The position numbers were made by a program, and so were the translations under genes. From a virus (taxonomy: Duplodnaviria > Heunggongvirae > Uroviricota > Caudoviricetes), in the IMG/VR virus record IMGVR_UViG_2695420343_000002: a DNA stretch of 46,924 nucleotides. One strand, given 5' to 3'. Below, in pieces: positions 37,142 to 46,020 of the stretch. The notes beneath the pieces were generated by a model, which had not been told where the DNA came from, searched no databases, and worked only from the letters and a program-made list of their open reading frames with translations. Within the stretch, counting starts at the first letter, position 1; every line of letters starts with the position of its first letter.

Positions 37142-37791
37142 GCCGCCATCTCCCTGACCAGTTTTTCTGCCTGCTGGCGAACCTGCGCCAGAAAGGCCTC
37201 ACCACATGCCTCAAGTTCATCGCGCCCGATGTAGCTGATTGCCGGTCCCTTCCAGGTCTTGTCGAAAACAGCAATAGCACCAGCGAAGAAAGCGCCTGTC
37301 GGCACCTGCTTCTCATCCTTCGGGATAAACCAGGCAGGCAGTTCAAAACCAATACGCCCGCGAATAAAAGCAATATGATCTGCATCTTCCGGCCACCACA
37401 CTTCGCTGGTGGCAGCTTTGATCAGGAAAACATAGCGCCCGCCTTTATCACGCATGGCACTGGCATGCTTCATGATGTAACGCATGCCGGTGATGTATTG
37501 CCCCTCATGCTGACTGGCGCGGCTGTATGGGGGATTACCAAAGGCAGCACCTTTAAGCTCCGCAAGGCGTTCTGACCAGTCATGCGCCAGCGCGTTGTCT
37601 TCCGCCGTGTAATACGCAGCACATTTGGCGTTATCACCGTCAGTGAACAGATCCAGAACAAACGGGCCAAACAGGGTGTTAATTCCCCAGAAAATGTTGT
37701 CCGGCGTGCGCCACTGATCGCCCACTTCCTTCAGTTCATGGGCTGGTTTGTTCCGCAGTTCCGCCAGCGCCTGGCAATATTTATTACTCAT
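37138..37791 (-). CDS. DNA N6-adenine methyltransferase (phage Dam-like)
   Basis: FGNPPYS catalytic motif; likely start MSNKYCQ at 37791 overlapping the upstream stop (track ORF extends to 37824). Confidence 0.75.
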   Translation of the reverse strand: MSNKYCQALAELRNKPAHELKEVGDQWRTPDNIFWGINTLFGPFVLDLFTDGDNAKCAAYYTAEDNALAHDWSERLAELKGAAFGNPPYSRASQHEGQYITGMRYIMKHASAMRDKGGRYVFLIKAATSEVWWPEDADHIAFIRGRIGFELPAWFIPKDEKQVPTGAFFAGAIAVFDKTWKGPAISYIGRDELEACGEAFLAQVRQQAEKLVREMAA

Positions 37792-38285
37792 TAAGCCCCC
37801 ACGTAATTCCCTGAGAGATACCACTCTTCACCTGATGCAGCCCGCTTACTGCTTTTCCGTAAACACCGTTCACGACGCGCCAGAAAATTGTTTCGTTCTG
37901 GCTGGGAGTGGCTTTCACGGAATGCCGCCATCCACACCGTTGCAGCACGACGGTATAAGCCCCTCGACTCCAGTTCTTCAGCCTGGCGGGTCAGGCACAA
38001 AATCACCCGGGGGTCGTTAGTGCCGACATAGAACTTGCGCACAGGTCTGGTTTCACGAACTGGTTGTGGTTCCGGCTCCTGCGCTCTCTCAGTCAGGCGC
38101 GAGAAATGTCTGCGTGTATCTCCTTCACAACGGTGAGCCACACGCCCACTCTGACGTAACTTGCTTGCTGACTGCAGAACGCGCTGCCGTGAGTAACCTG
38201 CAAAAGCATCCGCAATGTCTCCGGAAGTACACCCCGGATGGGCTTCAATGAATTTCTGAACTTCATTCAAAAGACTCATGATCAC
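37791..38285 (-). CDS. Hypothetical protein, possibly PerC/YfdN-like
   Basis: 164 aa; LYRRAATVWMAAF region; position between the initiator and Dam as in KplE1. Confidence 0.4.
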   Translation of the reverse strand: MIMSLLNEVQKFIEAHPGCTSGDIADAFAGYSRQRVLQSASKLRQSGRVAHRCEGDTRRHFSRLTERAQEPEPQPVRETRPVRKFYVGTNDPRVILCLTRQAEELESRGLYRRAATVWMAAFRESHSQPERNNFLARRERCLRKSSKRAASGEEWYLSGNYVGA

Positions 38286-39223
38286 CCCCTGAATCCTGCC
38301 GGGATCTGGCTGTAGTCCACGTTGTCGTAACTGGATTTGAAGTACGGATCTTCACGTTTTTCTGTGTATGTGCTGACGGACGGCGATAAGCGCAGGGAAA
38401 GCTCATCCCATTTTTCCCGCAGCTTCGACGGGCTGAGCACGTTACGGCACCAGAACGGATCGCGGCTGACGCGGCTGTACATCTCGCAGATTTGTTTGTG
38501 AGTACGACCATCCTGCACACACATCAGGCGAATTTCGTTTGCCCAGGCTGTCCAGTTCGGTTCTTTGGGACGAACCACCTCGCCGTCACATTCGGCAGCC
38601 TGCTCGTACAGGGCGATGATTTTTTTCCAGAGCCACTGTGCGCAGGTCAAATCATCCTGCGTCCCCCACTGGCGTTTTTTAGGGCTGAATACAACCGCAT
38701 CAGGATGGCGAGTTAAAAAATCCTGTTCAGCCGTCTGCGTGTCCGGTTGCGAAGCGTCCGGACGAGAAGGTTTTTTATCTGACGGATCATGTTTTGATTT
38801 TACTGACGGATCCCCGCCAGATTCTGACGGGTGAAAACCCGCTTTTTTGCCAGATTTCGACGCATCAAATTTTGACGGGTCAGATTTTGATGCGTCAGAT
38901 TTTGACGGGTCAGAATCTGACAGTTGAGAAAATGCCGCTGCCTGAAGCTTCGCAACGTTAAGCTGATAAACATTCGACGCATTGCGGTTACCCTGGCGAC
39001 GCGCCTTACGCGTTAACCAGCCTTCTGCTTCCAGCCGTGCGATAGCCGTTCTGACGGTACTCATCCCCGCGCCAATCTGGCGGGCAATGGTTTCAATTGA
39101 TGGCCAGCACACACCTTCGTCATTACTGAAATCAGCCAGGCGGGCCATAATTGCCACGCTGGATAATTTCATGCCTGACGCTGCGCAACCATCCCATACA
39201 TAGCCGGTTAATTTAGTGCTCAT
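38282..39223 (-). CDS. Replication initiator O-like protein (N-terminal HTH) with internal iteron repeats
   Basis: N-terminal [17 protein letters not shown]...TIARQIGAGMSTVRTAIARLEAEGWL; central low-complexity DSDPSKSDASKSDPSKFDASKS encoded by tandem DNA repeats. Confidence 0.65.
   Translation of the reverse strand: MSTKLTGYVWDGCAASGMKLSSVAIMARLADFSNDEGVCWPSIETIARQIGAGMSTVRTAIARLEAEGWLTRKARRQGNRNASNVYQLNVAKLQAAAFSQLSDSDPSKSDASKSDPSKFDASKSGKKAGFHPSESGGDPSVKSKHDPSDKKPSRPDASQPDTQTAEQDFLTRHPDAVVFSPKKRQWGTQDDLTCAQWLWKKIIALYEQAAECDGEVVRPKEPNWTAWANEIRLMCVQDGRTHKQICEMYSRVSRDPFWCRNVLSPSKLREKWDELSLRLSPSVSTYTEKREDPYFKSSYDNVDYSQIPAGFRG
38777..38922. repeat. Iteron-like direct repeats (candidate origin inside the initiator gene)
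   Basis: About 8 copies of (A)TTTTGACGGGTCAG-like 15-bp units; three consecutive units at 38868, 38883 and 38898. Confidence 0.6.
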
Positions 39224-39571
39224 GACCGACCTCTATTTCCCTGAATTTACGACGAAACTGTTCGAGCGGACTGAAGCACTCATGCTCATAGCCTTCGCGG
39301 AGGTAGATAACCCGTTGTGTTTCCGGTTCCCAACGAATGACTCTGACGGGCACTCCGTAGTGATCTTTGAACCAGCGGTTAACTTGTCGCAAAGGACTGT
39401 CTCCTTCTGCCGGTTGAAATCCCCCACAGCCCACTCTGCAAAGCTGTGGGTTACAATTTCCCTGTCACCTGGTACATTCACTGCATAGCAATACTCCACC
39501 TTCGCTTTTCCACCCGGTACAGGAAGCGCAATCAGTTGCGAGCGACGGTAGTGTGTTGTTAAACTGTTCAT
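39213..39571 (-). CDS. Hypothetical early protein, apparently frame-broken
   Basis: N-terminal half in track ORF 39233-39571, C-terminal half in 39213-39434 (GTG start in track); frames meet at a C5/G5 run at 39421-39425. Confidence 0.45.
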
Positions 39572-40152
39572 GCGTTAGTTTCTCCACAACCAGAAGCAAT
39601 CGACGCCACGACGCCCGGAGCTGCACACTCGCGGGCGTTACTCTTTTCCGGCGCACAAAAAACACGAAATAACAGTGTTAAATGCTCCTGCCACTTCGCC
39701 ATTACTTGGTAGCTGTTCTCTTCGATTTGCTCACGCTCAGCTTGGTCAATAACTCCATCAGCAGTTGCCTTGCGTAAGTACTGGGAATGCTTGCCAATCC
39801 ATTCTATTGACTCCATCAGCCGCTGATTAATGTCACCATTGTCAATGTCATCAATGACCACCAGCGGCACAAACACCCCATTACTACGACGGGCTATTGC
39901 ATCTGTTACATGCCTGGTACCACTGGCATCCTGTAAAACCATGGCCCACTCAAGTGGAAAAATTTGATCCCCACCGCTACGCAGTCTGTTATGCAATTGA
40001 TCTTTTGCTGGGGTGATATCATCAGATTTATACAAACCAAGAATTTCTGCTGCTTCCTCATAGCCATGAGGTAAATCAGCAATCGTTCTTCGTATTGCTG
40101 CCACCAGCCATGCTGGTTGTTTATCAACTTTCCATTCAGGTTCTTTACCCAC
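39568..40152 (-). CDS. CII-like / YdaT-family early regulatory protein (putative)
   Basis: 194 aa directly downstream of the cro-like gene in the rightward early operon; call is by position and family recollection. Confidence 0.45.
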   Translation of the reverse strand: MGKEPEWKVDKQPAWLVAAIRRTIADLPHGYEEAAEILGLYKSDDITPAKDQLHNRLRSGGDQIFPLEWAMVLQDASGTRHVTDAIARRSNGVFVPLVVIDDIDNGDINQRLMESIEWIGKHSQYLRKATADGVIDQAEREQIEENSYQVMAKWQEHLTLLFRVFCAPEKSNARECAAPGVVASIASGCGETNA

Positions 40153-40179
40153 GGTTAATTCCTCATTTCTGTGGTGTTT

Positions 40180-40377
40180 TTATGCCGCAGCACTGTTAGT
40201 CTTTTGATATAAAGACACGTCAACTTTCAGTTTCCCGTTAGTAATTTTTTCTAACTGGTACGCTCGGCCTTCAGGAATAATCTCAGGCCACTCTGAAACA
40301 GACGGATGCTTAATACCTAGGGCTTCGGCGGTTTTACAAACTCCGCCGAAATAATTAATCACGTCGGATTTCCGCAT
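40180..40377 (-). CDS. Cro-like HTH protein (YdaS family)
   Basis: 65 aa; GGVCKTAEALGIKHPSVSEW pattern; divergent from cI across an operator-rich spacer. Confidence 0.75.
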   Translation of the reverse strand: MRKSDVINYFGGVCKTAEALGIKHPSVSEWPEIIPEGRAYQLEKITNGKLKVDVSLYQKTNSAAA

Positions 40378-40404
40378 TTCTGTCTCCCGTTAAATTACGT
40401 TAAG

Positions 40405-40475
40405 CAGAAATGTAGGATATCCAACATACCAATGTCAAGAATCCTACATGGGCATGTGGTAGGATTGCCTACATG
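40405..40475. promoter_or_regulatory. Operator cluster between the cro-like gene and cI
   Basis: TGTAGGATATCCAACA at 40411-40426; inverted AATCCTACA/TGTGGTAGGATT at 40439-40465; GTAGGATTGCCTACA abutting the cI start. Confidence 0.5.
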
Positions 40476-41126
40476 ATGAACATGAGTGATCGTATTCGCC
40501 AAAGGCGAAAAGAACTGAACCTGACACAACAAGCACTGGCTGATTTGACTGGTGTGAACCGTGTCACGGTTACTGGATGGGAAAAGGACGACTACCAACC
40601 AAATGGAGCCAACCTTCAAGCCCTAGCCAACGCACTTAAATGCGATCCTCTGTGGCTTGTTAGCGGAAAAGGCTCGCCTGAACCAAAGATAAATCTAAAA
40701 CCTGAAATATTCGCAGTTAAAAAAGTCCCCCTCATCTCGTGGGTTCAGGCGGGTTCATGGACAATGACGGAGCCTGGTGTCAGGAAAGAAGATGCTGAAG
40801 AGTGGGTTTATACTACCGCCCTTGTATCAGAAATGGCATTTGCACTACGGGTCCGTGGTGATTCAATGACCAATCCCCTCGGCTCACCATCGATACCAGA
40901 AGGTTCTATCGTTATCGTAGAGCCAGATATTATTGATACAGAGTGTATTAACGGAAAAATCGTTGTTGCCCATATCAATGGTGGGCAAGAAGCGACACTC
41001 AAAAAATTTGTTGAGGACTGGCCGAACAGGTATCTCGTCCCACTAAATCCTAACTATAAAACTATTGAATGCGGTGAGAACTGCAGAATAGTTGGTCTTG
41101 TCAAACAAGTAATAATGGATTTTTGA
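40473..41126 (+). CDS. cI: CI-type prophage repressor (HTH_XRE + S24 LexA-like peptidase)
   Basis: 217 aa; LTQQALADLTGVNRVTVTGWE HTH; VRGDSMTNPLG Ser motif and K in LKKF for autocleavage. Confidence 0.9.
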   Translation: MMNMSDRIRQRRKELNLTQQALADLTGVNRVTVTGWEKDDYQPNGANLQALANALKCDPLWLVSGKGSPEPKINLKPEIFAVKKVPLISWVQAGSWTMTEPGVRKEDAEEWVYTTALVSEMAFALRVRGDSMTNPLGSPSIPEGSIVIVEPDIIDTECINGKIVVAHINGGQEATLKKFVEDWPNRYLVPLNPNYKTIECGENCRIVGLVKQVIMDF

Positions 41127-41150
41127 CACATCTTCCTCACTATCGCAAAA

Positions 41151-41172
41151 CCGGGGTATCCCCGGTTTTTTT
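41151..41172 (+). terminator. Rho-independent terminator after cI
   Basis: CCGGGGTATCCCCGG hairpin followed by T7. Confidence 0.75.
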
Positions 41173-41189
41173 ATGAGCCTATCTTTTTA

Positions 41190-41240
41190 TGTAGGATAAC
41201 CAACATAAACTCTTGACACTCACATGTTGGATATCCTACA
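41190..41240. promoter_or_regulatory. Second operator pair downstream of cI, flanking a TTGACA hexamer
   Basis: TGTAGGATAACCAACA at 41190-41205 and TGTTGGATATCCTACA at 41225-41240, inverted relative to each other. Confidence 0.5.
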
Positions 41241-41359
41241 TTTGTTTTTAGAGTTGTGGTGAATGCGCAGGCTGATGCGCGAAAGACATTGCAGCTATTG
41301 CGGAAAAGAGCTGTTCGGCGGGGCCATTAAACGCCCGTATCTGGAGGTTAAAGAACAAA

Positions 41360-41635
41360 ATGAAAGTCCAGATTTTAAACAATAGTGGTGAAGTCGTTTG
41401 GTCATACGACATAGCCGCTCCTGTAGATCAGAGCGGCGATAGCTGGACCAATGGGAAACATCAGATTATGGCTGGAGTTGTATTCTCTTTACGCCGTGCT
41501 TTGGAACAGGCTGAAGTATTTCCATCAGACCCTGAATGGAAATGGCCTTTTTCTATTTGTCCAAATTCGGAGAGCACATTTCAGAAAATTGGTCAGAAAG
41601 TCGCACTCGAAGAGCATCAGCCAACTGTTTCCTGA
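41360..41635 (+). CDS. Hypothetical protein downstream of cI (exclusion-gene position)
   Basis: GGAGG RBS; 91 aa; no motif recognised. Confidence 0.5.
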   Translation: MKVQILNNSGEVVWSYDIAAPVDQSGDSWTNGKHQIMAGVVFSLRRALEQAEVFPSDPEWKWPFSICPNSESTFQKIGQKVALEEHQPTVS

Positions 41636-41798
41636 TTTTTTCAGGTAACTCGTCGGCATCGCAGAAACAACAACGCTCGATCATGTTGAAAGCCGATTCG
41701 TAGAACTGTTTCTGCTGAGTGTCGCTGAGACAGGAAAAGAGCGACGTTACGATGATTTTATTAATTGCATTATCAAGTTCTTTTTCATCAAAAGTCAT
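41553..41798 (-). CDS. Hypothetical protein, convergent with and overlapping the previous ORF
   Basis: AAGGA RBS; 81 aa; overlaps the neighbour by 83 nt. Confidence 0.45.
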   Translation of the reverse strand: MTFDEKELDNAINKIIVTSLFSCLSDTQQKQFYESAFNMIERCCFCDADELPEKIRKQLADALRVRLSDQFSEMCSPNLDK

Positions 41799-42235
41799 TT
41801 GATTTTCCTTTTATGTATACGGGCTTAAAAGGATACCACCGAGCCTGAAGTGGTGAAAAGACAGGCACATAACAGCTAAGTATTTTCAACCAGAGAGAAT
41901 CCTTAGCGTTGTGGTGAATGCGGCTCAGCGCACGCGGGTTAAGGTTGAGGCTGACAGTCGACCTTCTGTGGATACCCACCCGCCTGGTGTGCAACCTTCG
42001 CCAGGCACCGGGAGGCACCCGGCACCACAACTTTATGCTGTGTGTAGTCCTCGCGGTACCAGTTTGTACACTTGCTTCCGGCTGGTACCGCTCTTTTTAC
42101 AAAACAGAGAAGAGCATCACCGGACGACGGGCTCATAACCCAATCCATCCGGGCGGCTGCCACCGCAGGTGTTCTTCTCTGTTTTGTGGAGAAACCAACC
42201 GACCTTGCAGGGTCGATATGATGAGGAGCAGCAAA

Positions 42236-42598
42236 ATGGCTAGCGAACGCAGTACTGATGTGCAGGCATTTATCGGGGAGCTGGACGGCGGCGTATTTGA
42301 AACCAAAATCGGCGCAGTTCTCAGTGAAGTCGCTTCCGGTGTGATGAACACGAAAACCAAAGGGAAGGTCTCACTCAACCTGGAAATCGAACCATTTGAT
42401 GAGAACCGTGTGAAAATCAAACACAAACTCTCATATATTCGCCCGACTAACCGCGGGAAAATTTCCGAAGAAGACACCACCGAAACGCCGATGTATGTCA
42501 ATCGCGGTGGTCGCCTGACTATTCTGCAGGAAGACCAGGGACAATTACTGACTCTTGCCGGTGAACCTGACGGAAAACTCCGCGCAGCAGGTCATTAA
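42236..42598 (+). CDS. YfdP-like early protein (120 aa)
   Basis: GAGGAG 8 nt upstream of ATG at 42236; the longer track ORF from 41918 is a read-through of the leader. Confidence 0.6.
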   Translation: MASERSTDVQAFIGELDGGVFETKIGAVLSEVASGVMNTKTKGKVSLNLEIEPFDENRVKIKHKLSYIRPTNRGKISEEDTTETPMYVNRGGRLTILQEDQGQLLTLAGEPDGKLRAAGH

Positions 42599-42663
42599 TA
42601 TCGTTTTTAATAAACTGATTATTTATCTCATCACTGAATATTTTTATATAGTGAGGACTTATT

Positions 42664-43488
42664 ATGTCTCAGAACTTAGACGCAACCGCAATTAATCAAA
42701 TCCATGCCCTTATTTCTGCTCAGGGTGTTAATGAAATTATCAGTAAGATTGGTGCCGATGCTGTGGCATTGCCTGAGAATTTCCGCATTCATGATCTGGA
42801 AAAATTTAATTTAAATCGCTTCCGTTTCCGTGGTGCGCTTTCCACTGCCAGCATCGATGACTTTACCCGTTATTCTAAAGATCTTGCAGATGAAGGCACC
42901 CGCTGCTTTATCGATGCTGATAATATGCGTGCCGTCAGTGTGCTTAACCTGGGTACTATTGATGAACCAGGTCACGCAGATAACACCGCCACACTCAAAC
43001 TGAAAAAGACAGCACCGTTCTCTGCTCTGTTGTCTGTTAACGGCGAGCGTAACTCCCAGAAATCACTGGCAGAATGGATTGAAGACTGGGCCGACTACCT
43101 TGTGGGCTTTGATGCTAATGGTGACGCCATTCAGGCAACAAAAGCGGCTGCGGCAATCCGTAAAATCACGATTGAAGCAAACCAGACCGCTGATTTTGAA
43201 GATAATGACTTCAGCGGCAAACGCTCCCTGATGGAATCTGTCGAAGCGAAGACCAAAGACATTATGCCAGTGGCATTTGAATTTAAATGCGTTCCGTTTG
43301 AAGGTCTGAAAGAACGTCCGTTTAAATTACGCCTCAGCATTATCACTGGCGATCGTCCTGTACTGGTTCTGCGCATTATTCAGCTGGAAGCAGTGCAGGA
43401 AGATATGGCTAACGAATTTCGTGATCTGCTTGTTGAGAAATTCAAAGACAGCAAAGTAGAAACCTTTATTGGTACTTTCACCGCCTGA
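42664..43488 (+). CDS. YfdQ-like phage early protein (274 aa)
   Basis: Identical translation to 2934-3758. Confidence 0.75.
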
Positions 43489-43615
43489 TTTCATTACTGC
43501 AAATGCCCCTGCGGGGGCATTTATGGAAACGTAATTAACTCAATAATCACCGGATGGTGAGGGCTTCCTTTTACCCAAACTCAGCGCGGTGCAGCGCATA
43601 TACGTGGAGAACAAA

Positions 43616-44152
43616 ATGTCATTTATTAAAACTTTTTCCGGGAAGCATTTTTATTATGACAGGATAAATAAAGACGACATCGATATTAACGATATCGCGG
43701 TTTCTCTTTCAAATATCTGTCGCTTTGCCGGTCATCTTTCGCACTTCTACAGCGTCGCCCAACATGCGGTTCTTTGCAGCCAGCTGGTGCCGCAGGAATT
43801 TGCTTTTGAAGCGTTAATGCATGATGCAACAGAAGCGTATTGCCAGGACATTCCCGCACCACTGAAACGCCTTCTTCCTGACTATAAACAAATGGAAGAA
43901 AAAATAGACTCCGTAATCCGTGAGAAATACGGATTACCCCCAGTTATGAGTACGCCCGTGAAATATGCCGATCTCATCATGCTGGCAACCGAACGCCGCG
44001 ATCTCGGGCTTGATGATGGCTCTTTCTGGCCTGTACTGGAAGGTATCCCGGCAACAGAGATGTTCAACGTGATTCCACTGGCACCGGGCCATGCCTACGG
44101 GATGTTTATGGAACGCTTTAACGAGTTATCGGAGTTACGCAAATGCGCATGA
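43616..44152 (+). CDS. HD-domain phosphohydrolase (YfdR-like)
   Basis: Identical to 3886-4422; H..H and HD motifs. Confidence 0.75.
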   Translation: MSFIKTFSGKHFYYDRINKDDIDINDIAVSLSNICRFAGHLSHFYSVAQHAVLCSQLVPQEFAFEALMHDATEAYCQDIPAPLKRLLPDYKQMEEKIDSVIREKYGLPPVMSTPVKYADLIMLATERRDLGLDDGSFWPVLEGIPATEMFNVIPLAPGHAYGMFMERFNELSELRKCA

Positions 44153-44505
44153 ATGTTTTCGAAATGGAAGGGTTTCTTCGTGGGAGATGTGTACCGCGAG
44201 ATCTGAAAGTAAATGAAACAGATGCTGAATACCTGGTGCGTAAATTCGATGCGCTTGAAGCTAAATGTGCAGCACAGGAAAACAAAGTAATACCAGTGTC
44301 AACTGAACTGCCACCAGCAAATGAAAGTGTTTTGTTATTCGATGCTAACGGAGAAGGCTGGCTAATTGGCTGGCGTTCTCTCTGGTACACCTGGGGACAA
44401 AAAGAAACCGGAGAATGGCAGTGGACATTTCAGGTCGGGGACCTTGAAAACGTCAATATCACTCACTGGGCAGTAATGCCAAAAGCACCGGAGGCTGGAG
44501 CATAA
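44143..44505 (+). CDS. DUF551-like protein (YfdS-like)
   Basis: Identical to 4413-4775. Confidence 0.65.
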   Translation: MRMNVFEMEGFLRGRCVPRDLKVNETDAEYLVRKFDALEAKCAAQENKVIPVSTELPPANESVLLFDANGEGWLIGWRSLWYTWGQKETGEWQWTFQVGDLENVNITHWAVMPKAPEAGA

Positions 44506-45083
44506 TGACCACTTTTACTGACAAAGAACTGATTAAAGAAATTAAAGAGCGTATCAGCAGCCTTGACGTGCGAGACGATATTGAGCGCCGTGCTTATGAA
44601 ATTGCACTGGCATCACTGGGAGCAGAACCTGTAAGCCAAACTTACAACTTGCCAGAATTAATCGAAGGCATGGAGGTTTCCATTGATGTAAGCACTTGTG
44701 ATGCGGATTTAGGTAATCGCTATTTCGGTACCGTCACCGAGGCGTTAGAACTTGATACTGCCAAGAATGGTTACATCCTCCTGGTTCAGGACGCAGAGCC
44801 AAACTTCGATATAAATGGCAACTCTCCGGTAACTCCGGATGGTTGGGTCATGGTGCCGAAGAAACTAACCGCTGAGAACGGCGCTAAGGGTGTGCTATCC
44901 GGTGAATTTTCAGAAACTACGTTTATAAGCTGCCCGGAATGCTTTGGCGATGATGATTGCGATACCTGCGACGGGAGCGGACGTATTGAAATTAAAGTGC
45001 CAGTCACGTGGTCGACCATAAAATCTATCTGGGATAAAGGTATCGAGTATTTTGCAGCAAAACCATCACAAGAGGTGAAGTGA
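44505..45083 (+). CDS. Hypothetical protein with C-terminal zinc-finger (CPEC...CDTCDGSG)
   Basis: Identical to 4775-5353. Confidence 0.65.
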   Translation: MTTFTDKELIKEIKERISSLDVRDDIERRAYEIALASLGAEPVSQTYNLPELIEGMEVSIDVSTCDADLGNRYFGTVTEALELDTAKNGYILLVQDAEPNFDINGNSPVTPDGWVMVPKKLTAENGAKGVLSGEFSETTFISCPECFGDDDCDTCDGSGRIEIKVPVTWSTIKSIWDKGIEYFAAKPSQEVK

Positions 45084-45655
45084 TGAACAACTTAATGATC
45101 GACCTTGAGACGATGGGGAAAAATAAGGATGCACCGATCGTTTCCATTGGCGCGGTGTTCTTTACCCCAGAAACCGGTGACATCGGACAAGAATTCTATG
45201 CGGTTGTCAGCCTGGACAGTGCTATGAAGCAAGGAGCTACACCTGACGGCGATACCATCCTGTGGTGGTTGAAACAGAGCCCTGAAGCACGAGCTGCAAT
45301 CTGTATTGATGATACTTTATCGATCAGCGATGCACTCTCTGAATTGAGTCATTTCATTAATCAGCATGCAGACAATATAAAATATTTAAAAGTCTGGGGT
45401 AACGGGGCCACCTTCGACAACGTAATTTTACGTGGAGCTTACGAGCGAGCAGGACAAATCTGCCCGTGGGCGTACTGGAATGACCACGATGTACGCACGA
45501 TCGTTACGCTTGGGCGTTCCATCGGATTCGACCCCAAAATGGACATGCCTTTCGATGGCGAACGGCACAACGCCCTGGCTGATGCCCGTCATCAGGCAAA
45601 ATATGTTTCCGCTATCTGGCAGAAATTAATTCCTGCCACCAGCACAGAATTATGA
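45080..45655 (+). CDS. DEDDh-type 3'-5' exonuclease
   Basis: Identical to 5350-5925. Confidence 0.7.
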   Translation: MMNNLMIDLETMGKNKDAPIVSIGAVFFTPETGDIGQEFYAVVSLDSAMKQGATPDGDTILWWLKQSPEARAAICIDDTLSISDALSELSHFINQHADNIKYLKVWGNGATFDNVILRGAYERAGQICPWAYWNDHDVRTIVTLGRSIGFDPKMDMPFDGERHNALADARHQAKYVSAIWQKLIPATSTEL

Positions 45656-45691
45656 TTTTCCCGGGTGCAGCCGGTTTTGATGGAGAAAATT

Positions 45692-45973
45692 ATGAACACC
45701 TTGTTTTTACTGATGGCTGAATTCAATACCCCAAACATTGAACTCTCAGCAGTTAGCCAAAAGTACTTTGGTATGAGTCCAGCCACGGCAGAAGCAAAAG
45801 CAAACGCTTGTAAGTTGCCCGTTCCAACATATCGCATCGGCACATCACAAAAAGCAAAACGTTGCATCAATATTCAAGATCTTGCGGAATACATAGACAA
45901 AAGGCGAGAAGAAGGACGTATCGAGTGGGAACAGGTCAGAACAGTCAAACAGAAGGACAAAGAACATCACTAA
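45692..45973 (+). CDS. Excisionase-like DNA-binding protein (TorI/PrtN-like)
   Basis: Identical to 5962-6243. Confidence 0.5.
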   Translation: MNTLFLLMAEFNTPNIELSAVSQKYFGMSPATAEAKANACKLPVPTYRIGTSQKAKRCINIQDLAEYIDKRREEGRIEWEQVRTVKQKDKEHH

Positions 45974-46003
45974 AGAAAAAACCCGCCTGAAGGCGGGTTT
46001 TCA
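45973..46003. terminator. Bidirectional rho-independent terminator
   Basis: Same hairpin as 6243-6273. Confidence 0.7.
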
Positions 46004-46020
46004 AAAAGCACCAGCTATGA

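Noticed and set aside
36873-37575. Alternative-frame ORFs 36873-37385 (minus) and 36994-37575 (plus) across the mini-LexA and Dam genes
   Set aside because: Arg/Ser-rich low-complexity translations overlapping two genes with clear motifs (LexA domain, NPPY).
40152-40180. Reading the YdaS-like/YdaT-like pair (40180-40377 and 39568-40152) as a toxin-antitoxin system
   Set aside because: The pair sits exactly where cro and cII sit in a lambdoid immunity region, divergent from a CI repressor across operators, so an early-regulator reading is more economical than a TA module.
41918-42598. 226-aa track ORF as the real YfdP-like gene
   Set aside because: The first 106 codons are a read-through of the structured leader; a strong RBS precedes the ATG at 42236, giving 120 aa.
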